Below are positions 1 to 8,595 of a stretch of 61,427 nt of DNA, in pieces. The stretch comes from an uncultured Opitutia bacterium (lineage in GTDB: Bacteria > Verrucomicrobiota > Verrucomicrobiia > Opitutales > UBA953), in the NCBI GenBank assembly GCA_903909465.1, contig CAIVVQ010000038.1, forward strand, positions 1 to 61,427, written 5' to 3'. Below the pieces are notes generated by a model. It worked only from the letters and a program-made list of their open reading frames with translations, was not told where the DNA came from and did no database searches. A program made the position numbers and the translations under genes. The stretch's first letter is position 1; each line of letters starts with the position of its first letter.

Positions 1-28
1 ATCTTCTAACCAACTGAGCTACCACCCC
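1..28 (-). tRNA. 5' fragment of a tRNA(-like) gene cut by the window edge; anticodon lies outside the window
   Basis: Reverse complement of 1-28 reads GGGGTGG-TA-GCTC-AGTTGGTTA-GAAG, i.e. acceptor stem, U8/A9 and D-arm. The 3' side of the D-stem reads GAAG rather than GAGC (two mismatches), so it may be a degenerate copy. Confidence 0.4.
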
Positions 29-94
29 AGATAGCCAAAAGGAAGTTCAGAAAGCCCCTGCGACCCCTACCTGTCAAACGGAAAACCGACGGAT

Positions 95-1354
95 TTATTG
101 ACGAACTTGGCCTGTCCCGACCACTTCGAACTTCCAAGTGGTCAATTCCCTTAAGCCCATAGGGCCGCGGGCGTGGAGACGGTCGGTGCTGATGCCGACT
201 TCGGCGCCAAAGCCAAATTCGCCGCCATCGGTAAAGCGTGTGCTCGCGTTCCAATAAACGCAGGCGCTGTCGATTTGTGCCAAGAAACTACGCGCCACTT
301 TTTCATCGGCGGTGATGATCGCATCAGAGTGGTGTGAGCCATTCCCTTCGATGTGTTGCACGGCTTCAGCTAAGCCCGAGACGACTTTTATATTAATAAT
401 CAGCCCGAGGTGTTCCGTCCGCCAGTCTTGGGCCGTGGCGGCTTTCGCACCTTTGATGAGCTGAACGGTTTGTGTGCAACCGCGAATCTCGGTTTGTTGT
501 GCCGCAAAGGCAGCACCGAGTATGGGTAAGAATTTGGACGCAATCGATTGATCGACGAGAACCGTCTCGGCGGCATTGCACGCACTGGGGCGTTGGCACT
601 TCGCGTTGATGATTATCTGCTCCGCCATTTTTAGGTCGGCCTGCGCGTGCACGTAGATGTGGCAGATGCCAGCATCGTGTTTGATGACAGGAACTTTAGC
701 GGAATTAACTACGGCTTCGATGAGTCCGGGTCCGCCGCGAGGCACGATGATATCCACGATGCCGCGGAGTGAGCCGAGGACAGGGACCGCTTCGCGATCG
801 GTGAAAGGAAGCAGTGTGACGGCTTCAGTGGGCAGTCCGACGGCCTTCAGTCCACTCGAGAACGATTGGGCTAAGGCGAGGTTGGTGTGCAGTGCTTCAC
901 TGCCGCCGCGCAGGATGCAGGCGTTACCGGATTTCAAGCAGAGGGCAGCGGCGTCGACGGTGACGTTGGGGCGCGATTCGAAAATGATGGCGACGAGACC
1001 GATAGGTACGCGACGACGGACGAATTTTAATCCGTTAGGGCGAGTCCAGGATTCGGTGATTTCGCCAACAGGGTCAGGTAAATGCGCGACAGCTTCGCAA
1101 GCAGCAGCGATGTCCTCGAGTCTTTTCGCGTCGAGCTTGAGGCGATCGATCATCGCGGCGGTTAATCCTTTGGCTTCGGCTTGAGCGATGTCTTTGGCGT
1201 TGGCGGCCAAGATAACGGATGCATCGGCGCGCACGGCTTTAGCGGCGGCCAAGAGTGCTTGCGTGCGAACTTCGGTCGAAGCCAGTGCCACGGTGCGTGC
1301 GGCCTTCTTGGCTGCTTGAGCCAGATCGGTGACGCGTTGCAATAAATCGCTCAT
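95..1354 (-). CDS. proA: gamma-glutamyl phosphate reductase
   Basis: 419-aa ORF with aldehyde-dehydrogenase-like layout and the catalytic Cys context ...RPSACNAAETVLVD... Its start overlaps the proB stop (ATGA at 1351-1354). Confidence 0.93.
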   Translation of the reverse strand: MSDLLQRVTDLAQAAKKAARTVALASTEVRTQALLAAAKAVRADASVILAANAKDIAQAEAKGLTAAMIDRLKLDAKRLEDIAAACEAVAHLPDPVGEITESWTRPNGLKFVRRRVPIGLVAIIFESRPNVTVDAAALCLKSGNACILRGGSEALHTNLALAQSFSSGLKAVGLPTEAVTLLPFTDREAVPVLGSLRGIVDIIVPRGGPGLIEAVVNSAKVPVIKHDAGICHIYVHAQADLKMAEQIIINAKCQRPSACNAAETVLVDQSIASKFLPILGAAFAAQQTEIRGCTQTVQLIKGAKAATAQDWRTEHLGLIINIKVVSGLAEAVQHIEGNGSHHSDAIITADEKVARSFLAQIDSACVYWNASTRFTDGGEFGFGAEVGISTDRLHARGPMGLRELTTWKFEVVGTGQVRQ

Positions 1355-2115
1355 CGCAGGGAGAATCGCGTGCCAATTTTCTTATTAGCAGCGAGTTCGA
1401 TGAGGACGTTTTTGCGCCGGCCATTAGCGATGACGGTATCGACTTTACCTTCGGCGGCGATTTCGGCGGCTTGAAGTTTGGTCACCATACCGCCGACGTT
1501 GCGCTCGGAGCCAGCACCGCCCGCGAGGGCACGGATGCTGGAGTTAATTTCTTTTACGGCAGGAATGAGTTTCCCTGAGCCATCGGAATGGGTCATGAGT
1601 CCGTCCACTCCTGAGAGAATGACGAGTAAATCGGCTCCTACCAATGAAGCCACGTGGGCCGAGAGACGGTCATTATCGCCGACACGAATTTCTTCGTCCG
1701 CAATGGCGTCGTTCTCATTGATAATAGGAACGAATTTTTTTCGTTTCAGTAAAAGGTCGAGTGTGGCGCGGGCATTGCGCGTGCAGGCACGGCTATCCAG
1801 ATCCCAGTAAGTCAGGAGCATTTGAGCGCCGAGTAATTTATGACGAGCCAGGTGAGTGCCGTAAACGGACATCAACTCAGGTTGGCCGACGGTGGCGCAG
1901 GCTTGGAGTTCGCGTGCGTCCTTCGGGCGCTTCGACAATTTCATCGCGGTCATACCCGCGGCGACCGCACCAGAGGAAACAATTACGACTTCGATGCCGC
2001 GTTTCATGAGTACGGCGACTTGGTCGGTGATGCGTCCGATTTGAACGCGGTCCACCTTGCCGTCTGCACGTGTCAGCAGGCCTGAGCCAAGTTTGATAAC
2101 CCAACGTTTTGCCAT
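1351..2115 (-). CDS. proB: glutamate 5-kinase (short form, no PUA domain)
   Basis: Amino-acid kinase fold starting MAKRWVIKLGSGLLT. ATG at 2115 was chosen because the ORF-track start at 2325 would run into ruvB. The 254-aa product ends before any PUA domain. Confidence 0.9.
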   Translation of the reverse strand: MAKRWVIKLGSGLLTRADGKVDRVQIGRITDQVAVLMKRGIEVVIVSSGAVAAGMTAMKLSKRPKDARELQACATVGQPELMSVYGTHLARHKLLGAQMLLTYWDLDSRACTRNARATLDLLLKRKKFVPIINENDAIADEEIRVGDNDRLSAHVASLVGADLLVILSGVDGLMTHSDGSGKLIPAVKEINSSIRALAGGAGSERNVGGMVTKLQAAEIAAEGKVDTVIANGRRKNVLIELAANKKIGTRFSLR

Positions 2116-2161
2116 AAGTATGGTTAACAACTTAGCGGACGTCCTCCGCTGTTGTCCAGCG

Positions 2162-3205
2162 TCAGAGTAAGGACGACTCTTGGGGAGGGGGCAGTAAACC
2201 CACGGCACGCCAGCCTTTTTCGGTAAGAATGCGACCTTGGGGCGTGCGCGAGACGTAGCCCTCTTGTACGAGGAAGGGTTCATGGACCTCTTCGAGGGTG
2301 TGTGCGTCTTCACCGATGGCGGCACCTATGCTGTTGAGGCCCACGGGTCCGCCTCGGTGTTTTTCAGCCATCGCGCGAAGGAAGCGGTGATCCATGTCGT
2401 CGAGTCCGTTCTGGTCGATCTCGAGTAATTCCAGGGCAGCTGCGGTGACGGCAGCATCGGCTTTGCCGTTCGCGCGTTCGAGGGCGTAGTCGCGCGTGAA
2501 GCGCAAAAGATTATTTACAATGCGCGGTGTGCCGCGGGCGCGACGAGCGACTTCTTCAGCGCCGCCTTGATCGAGTTGCAGGTTTAATAATTTTCCATTG
2601 CGCGCGACGATGGAGAGTAACTGTTCGCGCGTGTAATAATCGAGACGCGTTTGTAGGGTGAAGCGACTGCGTAAAGGCGCAGTGAGTAAGCCGGTGCGTG
2701 TGGTAGCGCCGATTAAAGTGAATTTAGGTAAATCTAAACGCACGCTGCGCGCGTTGGGACCTTGGTCGATCATGATATCGATGCGAAAATCTTCCATCGC
2801 GGAGTATAAAAATTCTTCGACCGTTTTCGGGATGCGATGAATTTCATCGATGAATAAAATTTCACCTTCTTGTAAACTCGTGAGCAGGCCGGCGAGGTCG
2901 GAAGCTTTTTCCACGACTGGGCCGGAGGTGACGCGAATCGGACGACCCATTTCTTCGGCCAAAATCATCGCCAATGTCGTTTTGCCTAAGCCGGGTGGGC
3001 CGTGGAGGAGAATATGATCGAGTGTGCGATTTTCGCGACGCGCGGCACCGATCATCACGCGTAGGCGTTCGACGGTGCGGGCTTGACCGACAAAATCATC
3101 GAGCTTCGGTGGCCGTAGAGATTGATCGAGCGCGCGATTTTGGAGCGACGCTGCCTCTTTGCCAGAAGGTGCGGGAGAGTCGGGTGAATCCTTGGCGCGG
3201 GCCAT
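2162..3205 (-). CDS. ruvB: Holliday junction branch migration ATPase RuvB
   Basis: AAA+ Walker A GPPGLGKTTLA, FIDEIHR Walker B/sensor region, winged-helix C-terminus. Confidence 0.95.
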   Translation of the reverse strand: MARAKDSPDSPAPSGKEAASLQNRALDQSLRPPKLDDFVGQARTVERLRVMIGAARRENRTLDHILLHGPPGLGKTTLAMILAEEMGRPIRVTSGPVVEKASDLAGLLTSLQEGEILFIDEIHRIPKTVEEFLYSAMEDFRIDIMIDQGPNARSVRLDLPKFTLIGATTRTGLLTAPLRSRFTLQTRLDYYTREQLLSIVARNGKLLNLQLDQGGAEEVARRARGTPRIVNNLLRFTRDYALERANGKADAAVTAAALELLEIDQNGLDDMDHRFLRAMAEKHRGGPVGLNSIGAAIGEDAHTLEEVHEPFLVQEGYVSRTPQGRILTEKGWRAVGLLPPPQESSLL

Positions 3206-3243
3206 GTCAGCAAAGTGCGTAGAAGAGGCGGACTTGGCAACCC

Positions 3244-4536
3244 TCAGTCTTCGGCGAAGCCCTTGGGCATCGCGGCGGCGGGTAGTCGTTCGATATCCGC
3301 ACCGAGTGCGCGGAGACGCTCTTCAAAGTGTTCGTAGCCACGATCGAGGTGGTAGAGTCGTTGCACCCAAGTTTCGCCTTTGGCAGCGAGGGCAGCGAGA
3401 ATCAAGGCGGCTGATGCTCGAAGATCGGAAGCCATCACCGGTGCACCCGAGAGTGGGCGATCGCCGTAGACGGCGGCGGTCGGGCCATCGACGCTGATTT
3501 CGGCGCCCATGCGCTGCAGTTCAGCGGCGTGCATGAAGCGCGACGGGTAAACTTTTTCGGTAATGGTGCTACGGCCGTCGACGAGTAATTGGAGCGCCAT
3601 GAATTGCGCTTGAAGGTCGGTGGGAAATCCAGGGTAGGGCTCAGTGACGATTTCAACCGCGCGCGAAGGGCGCCCGTGGGCGCGAATGTAGTCGGCCCCC
3701 GTTTCAACCTGCACGCCCGCCTCGCGTAATTTATCAAGGAAGGCCGTGAGGTGATTGGCGTTGGCGCCTTTCACGGTGACGTCGCCATCGGTTATGGCAC
3801 CCGCGACTAAGTAGGTGCCGGCCTCAATGCGATCGGGGATAATAAAATGTTCGCAGCCGTGAAGTGAATCTACGCCCTCAACTTTAATCGTCGGTGTGCC
3901 TTGTCCGCTGATCTTCGCGCCCATTTTAATGAGGAACGTACAGAGGTCGACGACTTCGGGTTCTTGGGCGGCGGACTCAATAGTGGTCATGCCCGGAGTG
4001 GTCGTGGCGGCCATGATGATATTGGCCGTGCCAGTGACGGTGCTACCCATCGGGCCGCCCATAAAAACGGTATCACCTTTGGAATGTTGAGCGTCGATGG
4101 TGACCAATCCGTTTTCAACGCTGACGATACAACCCAAGGCTTCGAGGCCTTTTAAATGTAGATCAATCGGGCGCGGTCCGATGACGCAGCCACCGGGAAT
4201 TGCCATTTCCGCTTGGCGCAAGCGACCGACTAAGGCGCCGAGTAAGCAAACTGAGGCGCGCATTTTACGCACGAGGTCGTAAGGCGTTCGGTGAATAATT
4301 TTACGGGCCTGAATAATCCATATACCTTTTTTAGGTTGGGAAATTTCGGCACCTTGGTGCTGAAGGATTTCGACCATGAAGCGTACATCGCTTAGGTCGG
4401 GTACATTATGCAGGACAACTTTTTCGGTCGTTAATAAAGTCGCCGCGAGAATAGGGAGCGCCGCATTTTTTGAGCCGGCAACATGAATGGTGCCCTGAAG
4501 TTTTCGGCCACCTTGAATGCGTGCGACTTGGAGCAT
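3244..4536 (-). CDS. murA: UDP-N-acetylglucosamine 1-carboxyvinyltransferase
   Basis: GSKNAALPILAA near the N-terminus and catalytic-loop Cys in PGGCVIGPRPIDLH; 430 aa. Confidence 0.95.
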   Translation of the reverse strand: MLQVARIQGGRKLQGTIHVAGSKNAALPILAATLLTTEKVVLHNVPDLSDVRFMVEILQHQGAEISQPKKGIWIIQARKIIHRTPYDLVRKMRASVCLLGALVGRLRQAEMAIPGGCVIGPRPIDLHLKGLEALGCIVSVENGLVTIDAQHSKGDTVFMGGPMGSTVTGTANIIMAATTTPGMTTIESAAQEPEVVDLCTFLIKMGAKISGQGTPTIKVEGVDSLHGCEHFIIPDRIEAGTYLVAGAITDGDVTVKGANANHLTAFLDKLREAGVQVETGADYIRAHGRPSRAVEIVTEPYPGFPTDLQAQFMALQLLVDGRSTITEKVYPSRFMHAAELQRMGAEISVDGPTAAVYGDRPLSGAPVMASDLRASAALILAALAAKGETWVQRLYHLDRGYEHFEERLRALGADIERLPAAAMPKGFAED

Positions 4537-4540
4537 GTAT

Positions 4541-4570
4541 AAAAAAGCGGGGGCGCCTTAGCGCCCCCGT
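4541..4570 (-). terminator. GC-rich hairpin plus U-tract (intrinsic-terminator-like) ending 4 nt before the murA start codon
   Basis: Minus strand reads CGGGGGCGC-TAAG-GCGCCCCCG followed by CTTTTTT, then ATAC, then the ATG of murA. Confidence 0.7.
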
Positions 4571-4575
4571 TTCAT

Positions 4576-5439
4576 TTAGCCTTCGTACGGACCGGAGCGA
4601 CGGTCGCCTTGGCTGCGACGGAAGTCAGGACGTCCGCCGGGTCCACCAGGACCACCGCGACCACGACCTTGTCCACCGCGAGGGCGATGGCCTTGGCGAA
4701 AATCGCCACGGTGTTGACGCTGTTCACCACGAGGGTGTTGAGCGCGCGAGCCAGTCGATGCTTTGGTTGAAATACCAAAGAGTGCGACGAGCTTACGCTT
4801 TAAGTTTACCCAAAAACCAATCGGGGATTGGACAGGAATCACCACTGGCTCGATTTGCAAACGTGGACGTTCGCTACGAGGTTCGCGAGGCGCGCGCTCA
4901 GGGTTTCGACCTTGTTCATATCCTTGTGGGGCATGTTGAGGAGCGTGTTGAGGGCGATCGTAACGTTCACCACGTGGTTCGCGTGGGCCGCGGGATTCGT
5001 GGCTACGCTCTTGACGTGGTTCGTGTTGTGATTCGGGGCGACGTTCAGGACGGAATTCGGCACGAGGTGCGCGAGGTTCGCGAGGGGCTTGAGCGGCAGC
5101 GGGTTGGTGAGCGAGTTCGCCAGAGATGGATTCTTTGGCGAGTGCGGGATTTTCAATGACGCCGATGGACGGACGCGCATTTTCAGTTTTGCCAGCAGGA
5201 GCAACGTTGGAAGGAACGCCGCGACGACCAAATTGCTTTGGGGTGGCGATCGTACCTGGTTTTGCAACTGGTTCGGCGGATGCACCAATCACTGACAGGG
5301 GAGGTAGGGCCGCGTGGGCGGATTCTAACTTTGCTTCGGTGATGCGAGGTGCAGGTGTACTGACTGGGTTTTGGGTCGCTGGTGTGGCGACGTTGGGGGC
5401 GGAGGCTGGCTCCTGCCCACGGTTTTCTTCTTGGTTCAT
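4576..5439 (-). CDS. hypothetical intrinsically disordered Arg/Pro/Glu-rich protein with an internal amphipathic helix and a C-terminal RGG tail
   Basis: 287-aa ORF with repeated REPR/PERR units, IGFWVNLKRKLVALFGI (aa 207-223) and RPRGGQGRGRGGPGGPGGR (aa 252-270). A hairpin terminator lies downstream on the same strand. Low complexity also creates competing ORFs in other frames. Confidence 0.6.
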   Translation of the reverse strand: MNQEENRGQEPASAPNVATPATQNPVSTPAPRITEAKLESAHAALPPLSVIGASAEPVAKPGTIATPKQFGRRGVPSNVAPAGKTENARPSIGVIENPALAKESISGELAHQPAAAQAPREPRAPRAEFRPERRPESQHEPRQERSHESRGPREPRGERYDRPQHAPQHAPQGYEQGRNPERAPREPRSERPRLQIEPVVIPVQSPIGFWVNLKRKLVALFGISTKASTGSRAQHPRGEQRQHRGDFRQGHRPRGGQGRGRGGPGGPGGRPDFRRSQGDRRSGPYEG

Positions 5440-5536
5440 TTTTCTCTTGGGTGTAGCGGCTAATTATTGGCCGCTCGGTTATAGCCTGTTGGCTCCGTTG
5501 TGGAGTTATGGGCTGATTTCGGACTCCTGCTTCTAT

Positions 5537-5619
5537 CTTAATTAAGTTATAGAGGAGGCGAATGGACTAAGACTTGGGGTCTTAGAACCGTTGTGAATAA
5601 ATCCCTCCTCCTTAATTAA
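5537..5619. repeat. imperfect inverted repeat (long hairpin) in the rny / disordered-protein intergenic region
   Basis: CTTAATTAAG...GAGGAGG (5537-5558) pairs with CCTCCTC-CTTAATTAA (5604-5619). An inner hairpin CTAAGAC-TTGGG-GTCTTAG is present. Confidence 0.6.
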
Positions 5620-5703
5620 CAATAAGAAAGTCCCCCGACGGCCTAAAAAGGTGAAAATATGTTCACAAAATCACCTAAAACAGCCGATTGCCCGTCTGGC
5701 CGC

Positions 5704-7140
5704 TTAGCGGGCCTCGTCGGTGAAGCGCTGTTCGCGGATCAGGACGATTTTGACGGTGCCTTGATAAGAGAGCGTTTCCTCGATCGAGGTGCGGAGTCGG
5801 CGGAGTAATTCAGCTGCGCTGAAATCATCCACGGTGCCTGGGTCGACGATCACACGCAGCTCGCGTCCCGATTGGAAAGCGTAGGCTTCGCGTACTCCGG
5901 CAAATTTCATGGCGAGTTCTTCGAGGCTCTTCACGCGTTGGGCGTAGCTCTCCACTGTGGAAGTGCGAGCGCCGGGGCGAGAGCCTGAGATGGAATCCGC
6001 AATCATCACGAGCGGTGCGTAGAGACTCTCAGCTTCCACTTCGCGGTGGTGGGCGGCGACGGCGTTGACGACGCGGTTGTCTTCGCCGAGGCGACGTAAA
6101 AGATTCGCTCCAGCGAGTGCGTGGCTCGTGCTGATTTCTGCTTCCATCGCTTTACCTAAGTCGTGCAGTAATCCAGCGCGTTTAGCGGGTAATGGATCAA
6201 TGCCGATTTCGGCGGCGAGGAGGGCGCAGACTTGGGCGACTTCGATGGAGTGCGCGAGGGTGTTTTGGTTGGCGGAAAGTCGGTAGTGTAATCGCCCGAG
6301 AAATTCTTCAATGCGAACATCCATTGGTGGTAGGCCGAGTTCACGTACCGCATCGTGTCCGAGGCGTTGGGTCTGACGTACGATTTCATCGGCCGAGGTA
6401 CGCACTAATTCTTCAATTAACATCGGCGTGATACGCCCATCTTTAACTAAGCGTTCCAAGGCGATTTTGGCCACCTCGCGTCGCACCGGGTCGAAACAAG
6501 AAATGAGCACCATGCCCGGGGTTTCGTCGATTAAAAGTGTGGCACCTGTGCTTTGTTCGAAGCTGCGAATGTTGCGACCCTCGCGACCGATTAATCGACC
6601 CTTCATGTCTTCGCTTGGAATTGCGACGCTGACCGAAGTCGCCTCGCAAGTGGTTTGCGTGGCGAGTCGTTGCATGGATGCGAGCAGAATGCGACGCGCT
6701 TCATCTTCAACTTCTCGTTCGGTGCGATCAATTTTTTCGTGTCGGAGTTGGCGGGCTTCGAGTTCGTAATCATTTTGTAATGACTCGAGGGCGGCACGCT
6801 TGGCTTGTTCGGGCGAGAGTCCTGAAAGTTGGAGCGCTTGTCGTTGTAAGGATTCGCGCTGACGTTCGTTGGCGACTTTAAGTTCGTTGGCGATTTCAGC
6901 TTCGATCTTCGCGGTCGTCAGCAAGCGATTGGCGTGTCGATGCGACTCTTCGGCTTGTGCTTGTAGCTCGGAAGCTTCCACGCTTGCTTCGCGGCGGGCT
7001 AATTCGACTTCGTTTTTCAGTCGCGCTTCGCGCAGTGCACCGAGGGTGGATTCGCGCCACTTGGCGAGCACGTAGGCAACGATGGCTCCGGAGGAGAACG
7101 CTACAGCGGCAAGAATACTTTGGTCAGCGGCCACGGCCAT
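5704..7140 (-). CDS. rny: ribonuclease Y
   Basis: N-terminal TM, long coiled coil, KH domain (GRLIGREGRNIRSFE), HD domain (LLHDLGK, AAHH). Confidence 0.93.
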   Translation of the reverse strand: MAVAADQSILAAVAFSSGAIVAYVLAKWRESTLGALREARLKNEVELARREASVEASELQAQAEESHRHANRLLTTAKIEAEIANELKVANERQRESLQRQALQLSGLSPEQAKRAALESLQNDYELEARQLRHEKIDRTEREVEDEARRILLASMQRLATQTTCEATSVSVAIPSEDMKGRLIGREGRNIRSFEQSTGATLLIDETPGMVLISCFDPVRREVAKIALERLVKDGRITPMLIEELVRTSADEIVRQTQRLGHDAVRELGLPPMDVRIEEFLGRLHYRLSANQNTLAHSIEVAQVCALLAAEIGIDPLPAKRAGLLHDLGKAMEAEISTSHALAGANLLRRLGEDNRVVNAVAAHHREVEAESLYAPLVMIADSISGSRPGARTSTVESYAQRVKSLEELAMKFAGVREAYAFQSGRELRVIVDPGTVDDFSAAELLRRLRTSIEETLSYQGTVKIVLIREQRFTDEAR

Positions 7141-7255
7141 GGTTGTGGTTGGGCAAGAGACGCCCAGTCGACAACCCTTGCGGTATCACCTTTCACCGCA
7201 AGCCCTTTCGGGAGGTTCGCCTTGCACAATAGGGTTTAAGTGCTTGTTTTTAGGA

Positions 7256-8590
7256 ATGTCACACTTGTTCCTAGATGAGGAATCACAGGCTTCGGTCTGG
7301 TGGGACAAATTTACCAACTTTTCATGGCGGACGGATTGGACGCAGGTCATTATTATTGCTTTACTGAGTGCATTGGGAGTGCTGGCCATAAAGTCGGCAG
7401 GATCGTATCGCCAAACAACTTTTGCGACTTCGCAAATGATTTTCATCGGGATCGGTTGGGTTGCCTACTGGGTGGTGGCCTCGCTGGATTACCGTAAGTT
7501 GCGGGTGCATGCTCGACGCATTTACCTGATCGGAATTTTACTGCTCATACCGGTTTCGCTTTGCGCCTTGTTGAAGGTCGATGTGGGAGCCTTCATTCGA
7601 AGTATTAATGGGGCGCGTCGGTGGATGGACTTCGGTCCTTTTTCAATTCAGCCCTCCGAGTTCGCCAAGGTTTCGGCCCTCGTCTTTATCGCCGCTTTAT
7701 TGGCCTTAAATCCGATTGGGCCCGTGCGTTCAACCTGGCTCACGGTTTTAAAGGTTTTAGGGGCCGCCTTCTTGCCCTTTGGCTTGATTTTTATTCAGCC
7801 TGACTTAGGGTCTGCGCTTATCTACCTGCCGCTGTCATTTGCCTTACTTTACGTTGCCGGCCTGAGTTCCAGGTTCTTTTTGGTGGCAGGTTTGAGTGCC
7901 CTTATTTTAGGGGCGGTAGTCACAATCGATTTAGTGTCCTATGCCGCTAAAATTTCGGCCTACGCTGAGGCAAATCCCTCCGACCGAAATCCAGCCAAGG
8001 CGATCCGCGGTAAATACGAAGAAACTGCTTGGTTTGTGTTCTTAAAAGATTATCAGCGCGAGCGCTTACTATCTTTTGTCGCCCCTTCGGTGATTGATCC
8101 ACGTGGCTTAGGTGCGACGTGGAATGTGAAGCAGGCTAAAATTGCCGTGGGTCGTGGCGCTTTTAACGGTCAAGGCATTGGCAATGGTTCACAGGCAAAA
8201 TTCGGGTACCTCCCTGAAGCCGCTGCGCATAATGATTTTCTTTTTTCGGGCATGGCCGAAGAGATTGGTTTCAAGGGGGGCGTTCTAGTGGTTGCCGCCT
8301 TTGCATTACTTTTTTGGCGAGTCATTCGAACGGCCTTACGGACCGTCGACCGCTTTGGTTCCCTGTTAGCGATTGGTGCAGCCGTGATTCTCGGCACGCA
8401 CGTGGTCATCAACATCGGAATGAATATCGATTTAATGCCTGTCACGGGCGTTCCACTACCTTTCCTCAGTTACGGGGGGTCATTTGTGCTCAGCTGCTTC
8501 CTGCTCCTTGGCTTAGTCCAGAGCGTTCATCGACATTCGGTTGATGGCGGCGATCACAATGGCTCTTCGGCTGCAGGATCTCTTGCATAA
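7256..8590 (+). CDS. rodA: SEDS-family peptidoglycan glycosyltransferase (RodA/FtsW type)
   Basis: Multi-TM protein with FSIQPSEFAKV, QAKIAVGRGAFNGQG and HNDFLFS motifs. ATG at 7256 was chosen because the track start at 7082 overlaps rny. RodA versus FtsW is not resolved; it is isolated from any dcw cluster. Confidence 0.8.
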   Translation: MSHLFLDEESQASVWWDKFTNFSWRTDWTQVIIIALLSALGVLAIKSAGSYRQTTFATSQMIFIGIGWVAYWVVASLDYRKLRVHARRIYLIGILLLIPVSLCALLKVDVGAFIRSINGARRWMDFGPFSIQPSEFAKVSALVFIAALLALNPIGPVRSTWLTVLKVLGAAFLPFGLIFIQPDLGSALIYLPLSFALLYVAGLSSRFFLVAGLSALILGAVVTIDLVSYAAKISAYAEANPSDRNPAKAIRGKYEETAWFVFLKDYQRERLLSFVAPSVIDPRGLGATWNVKQAKIAVGRGAFNGQGIGNGSQAKFGYLPEAAAHNDFLFSGMAEEIGFKGGVLVVAAFALLFWRVIRTALRTVDRFGSLLAIGAAVILGTHVVINIGMNIDLMPVTGVPLPFLSYGGSFVLSCFLLLGLVQSVHRHSVDGGDHNGSSAAGSLA

Positions 8591-8595
8591 CCGAA

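Noticed and set aside
657-1184. 175-aa plus-strand ORF inside proA
   Set aside because: It is antisense to a full-length, motif-rich proA. The product is Ser/Arg/Ala/Thr/Pro-rich, typical of shadow ORFs, and it has no independent signals.
1351-2325. Long N-terminal extensions in the ORF track (proB from 2325; also rodA from 7082, rplM from 15694, serS from 25395, thioesterase from 38246, mutL from 43438, glcD-like from 49441, thrB from 51312, exbD from 57603)
   Set aside because: The extensions overlap neighbouring genes or encode Arg/Pro-rich junk. In each case an internal ATG coincides with the conserved family N-terminus.
4470-5159. 229-aa plus-strand ORF (and other alternative-frame ORFs at 4839..5288 and 4572..4778) overlapping the disordered-protein gene
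   Set aside because: The low-complexity repeat DNA keeps several frames open. The plus ORF would run through the terminator hairpin and into the murA start. The minus frame has a proper downstream terminator and a coherent domain layout. The frame choice still needs external confirmation.
5552-5572. SD-like GAGGAGG followed by the two-codon mini-ORF ATG-GAC-TAA on the plus strand
   Set aside because: No downstream plus-strand gene exists for it to regulate. The motif is better explained as one arm of the inverted repeat.
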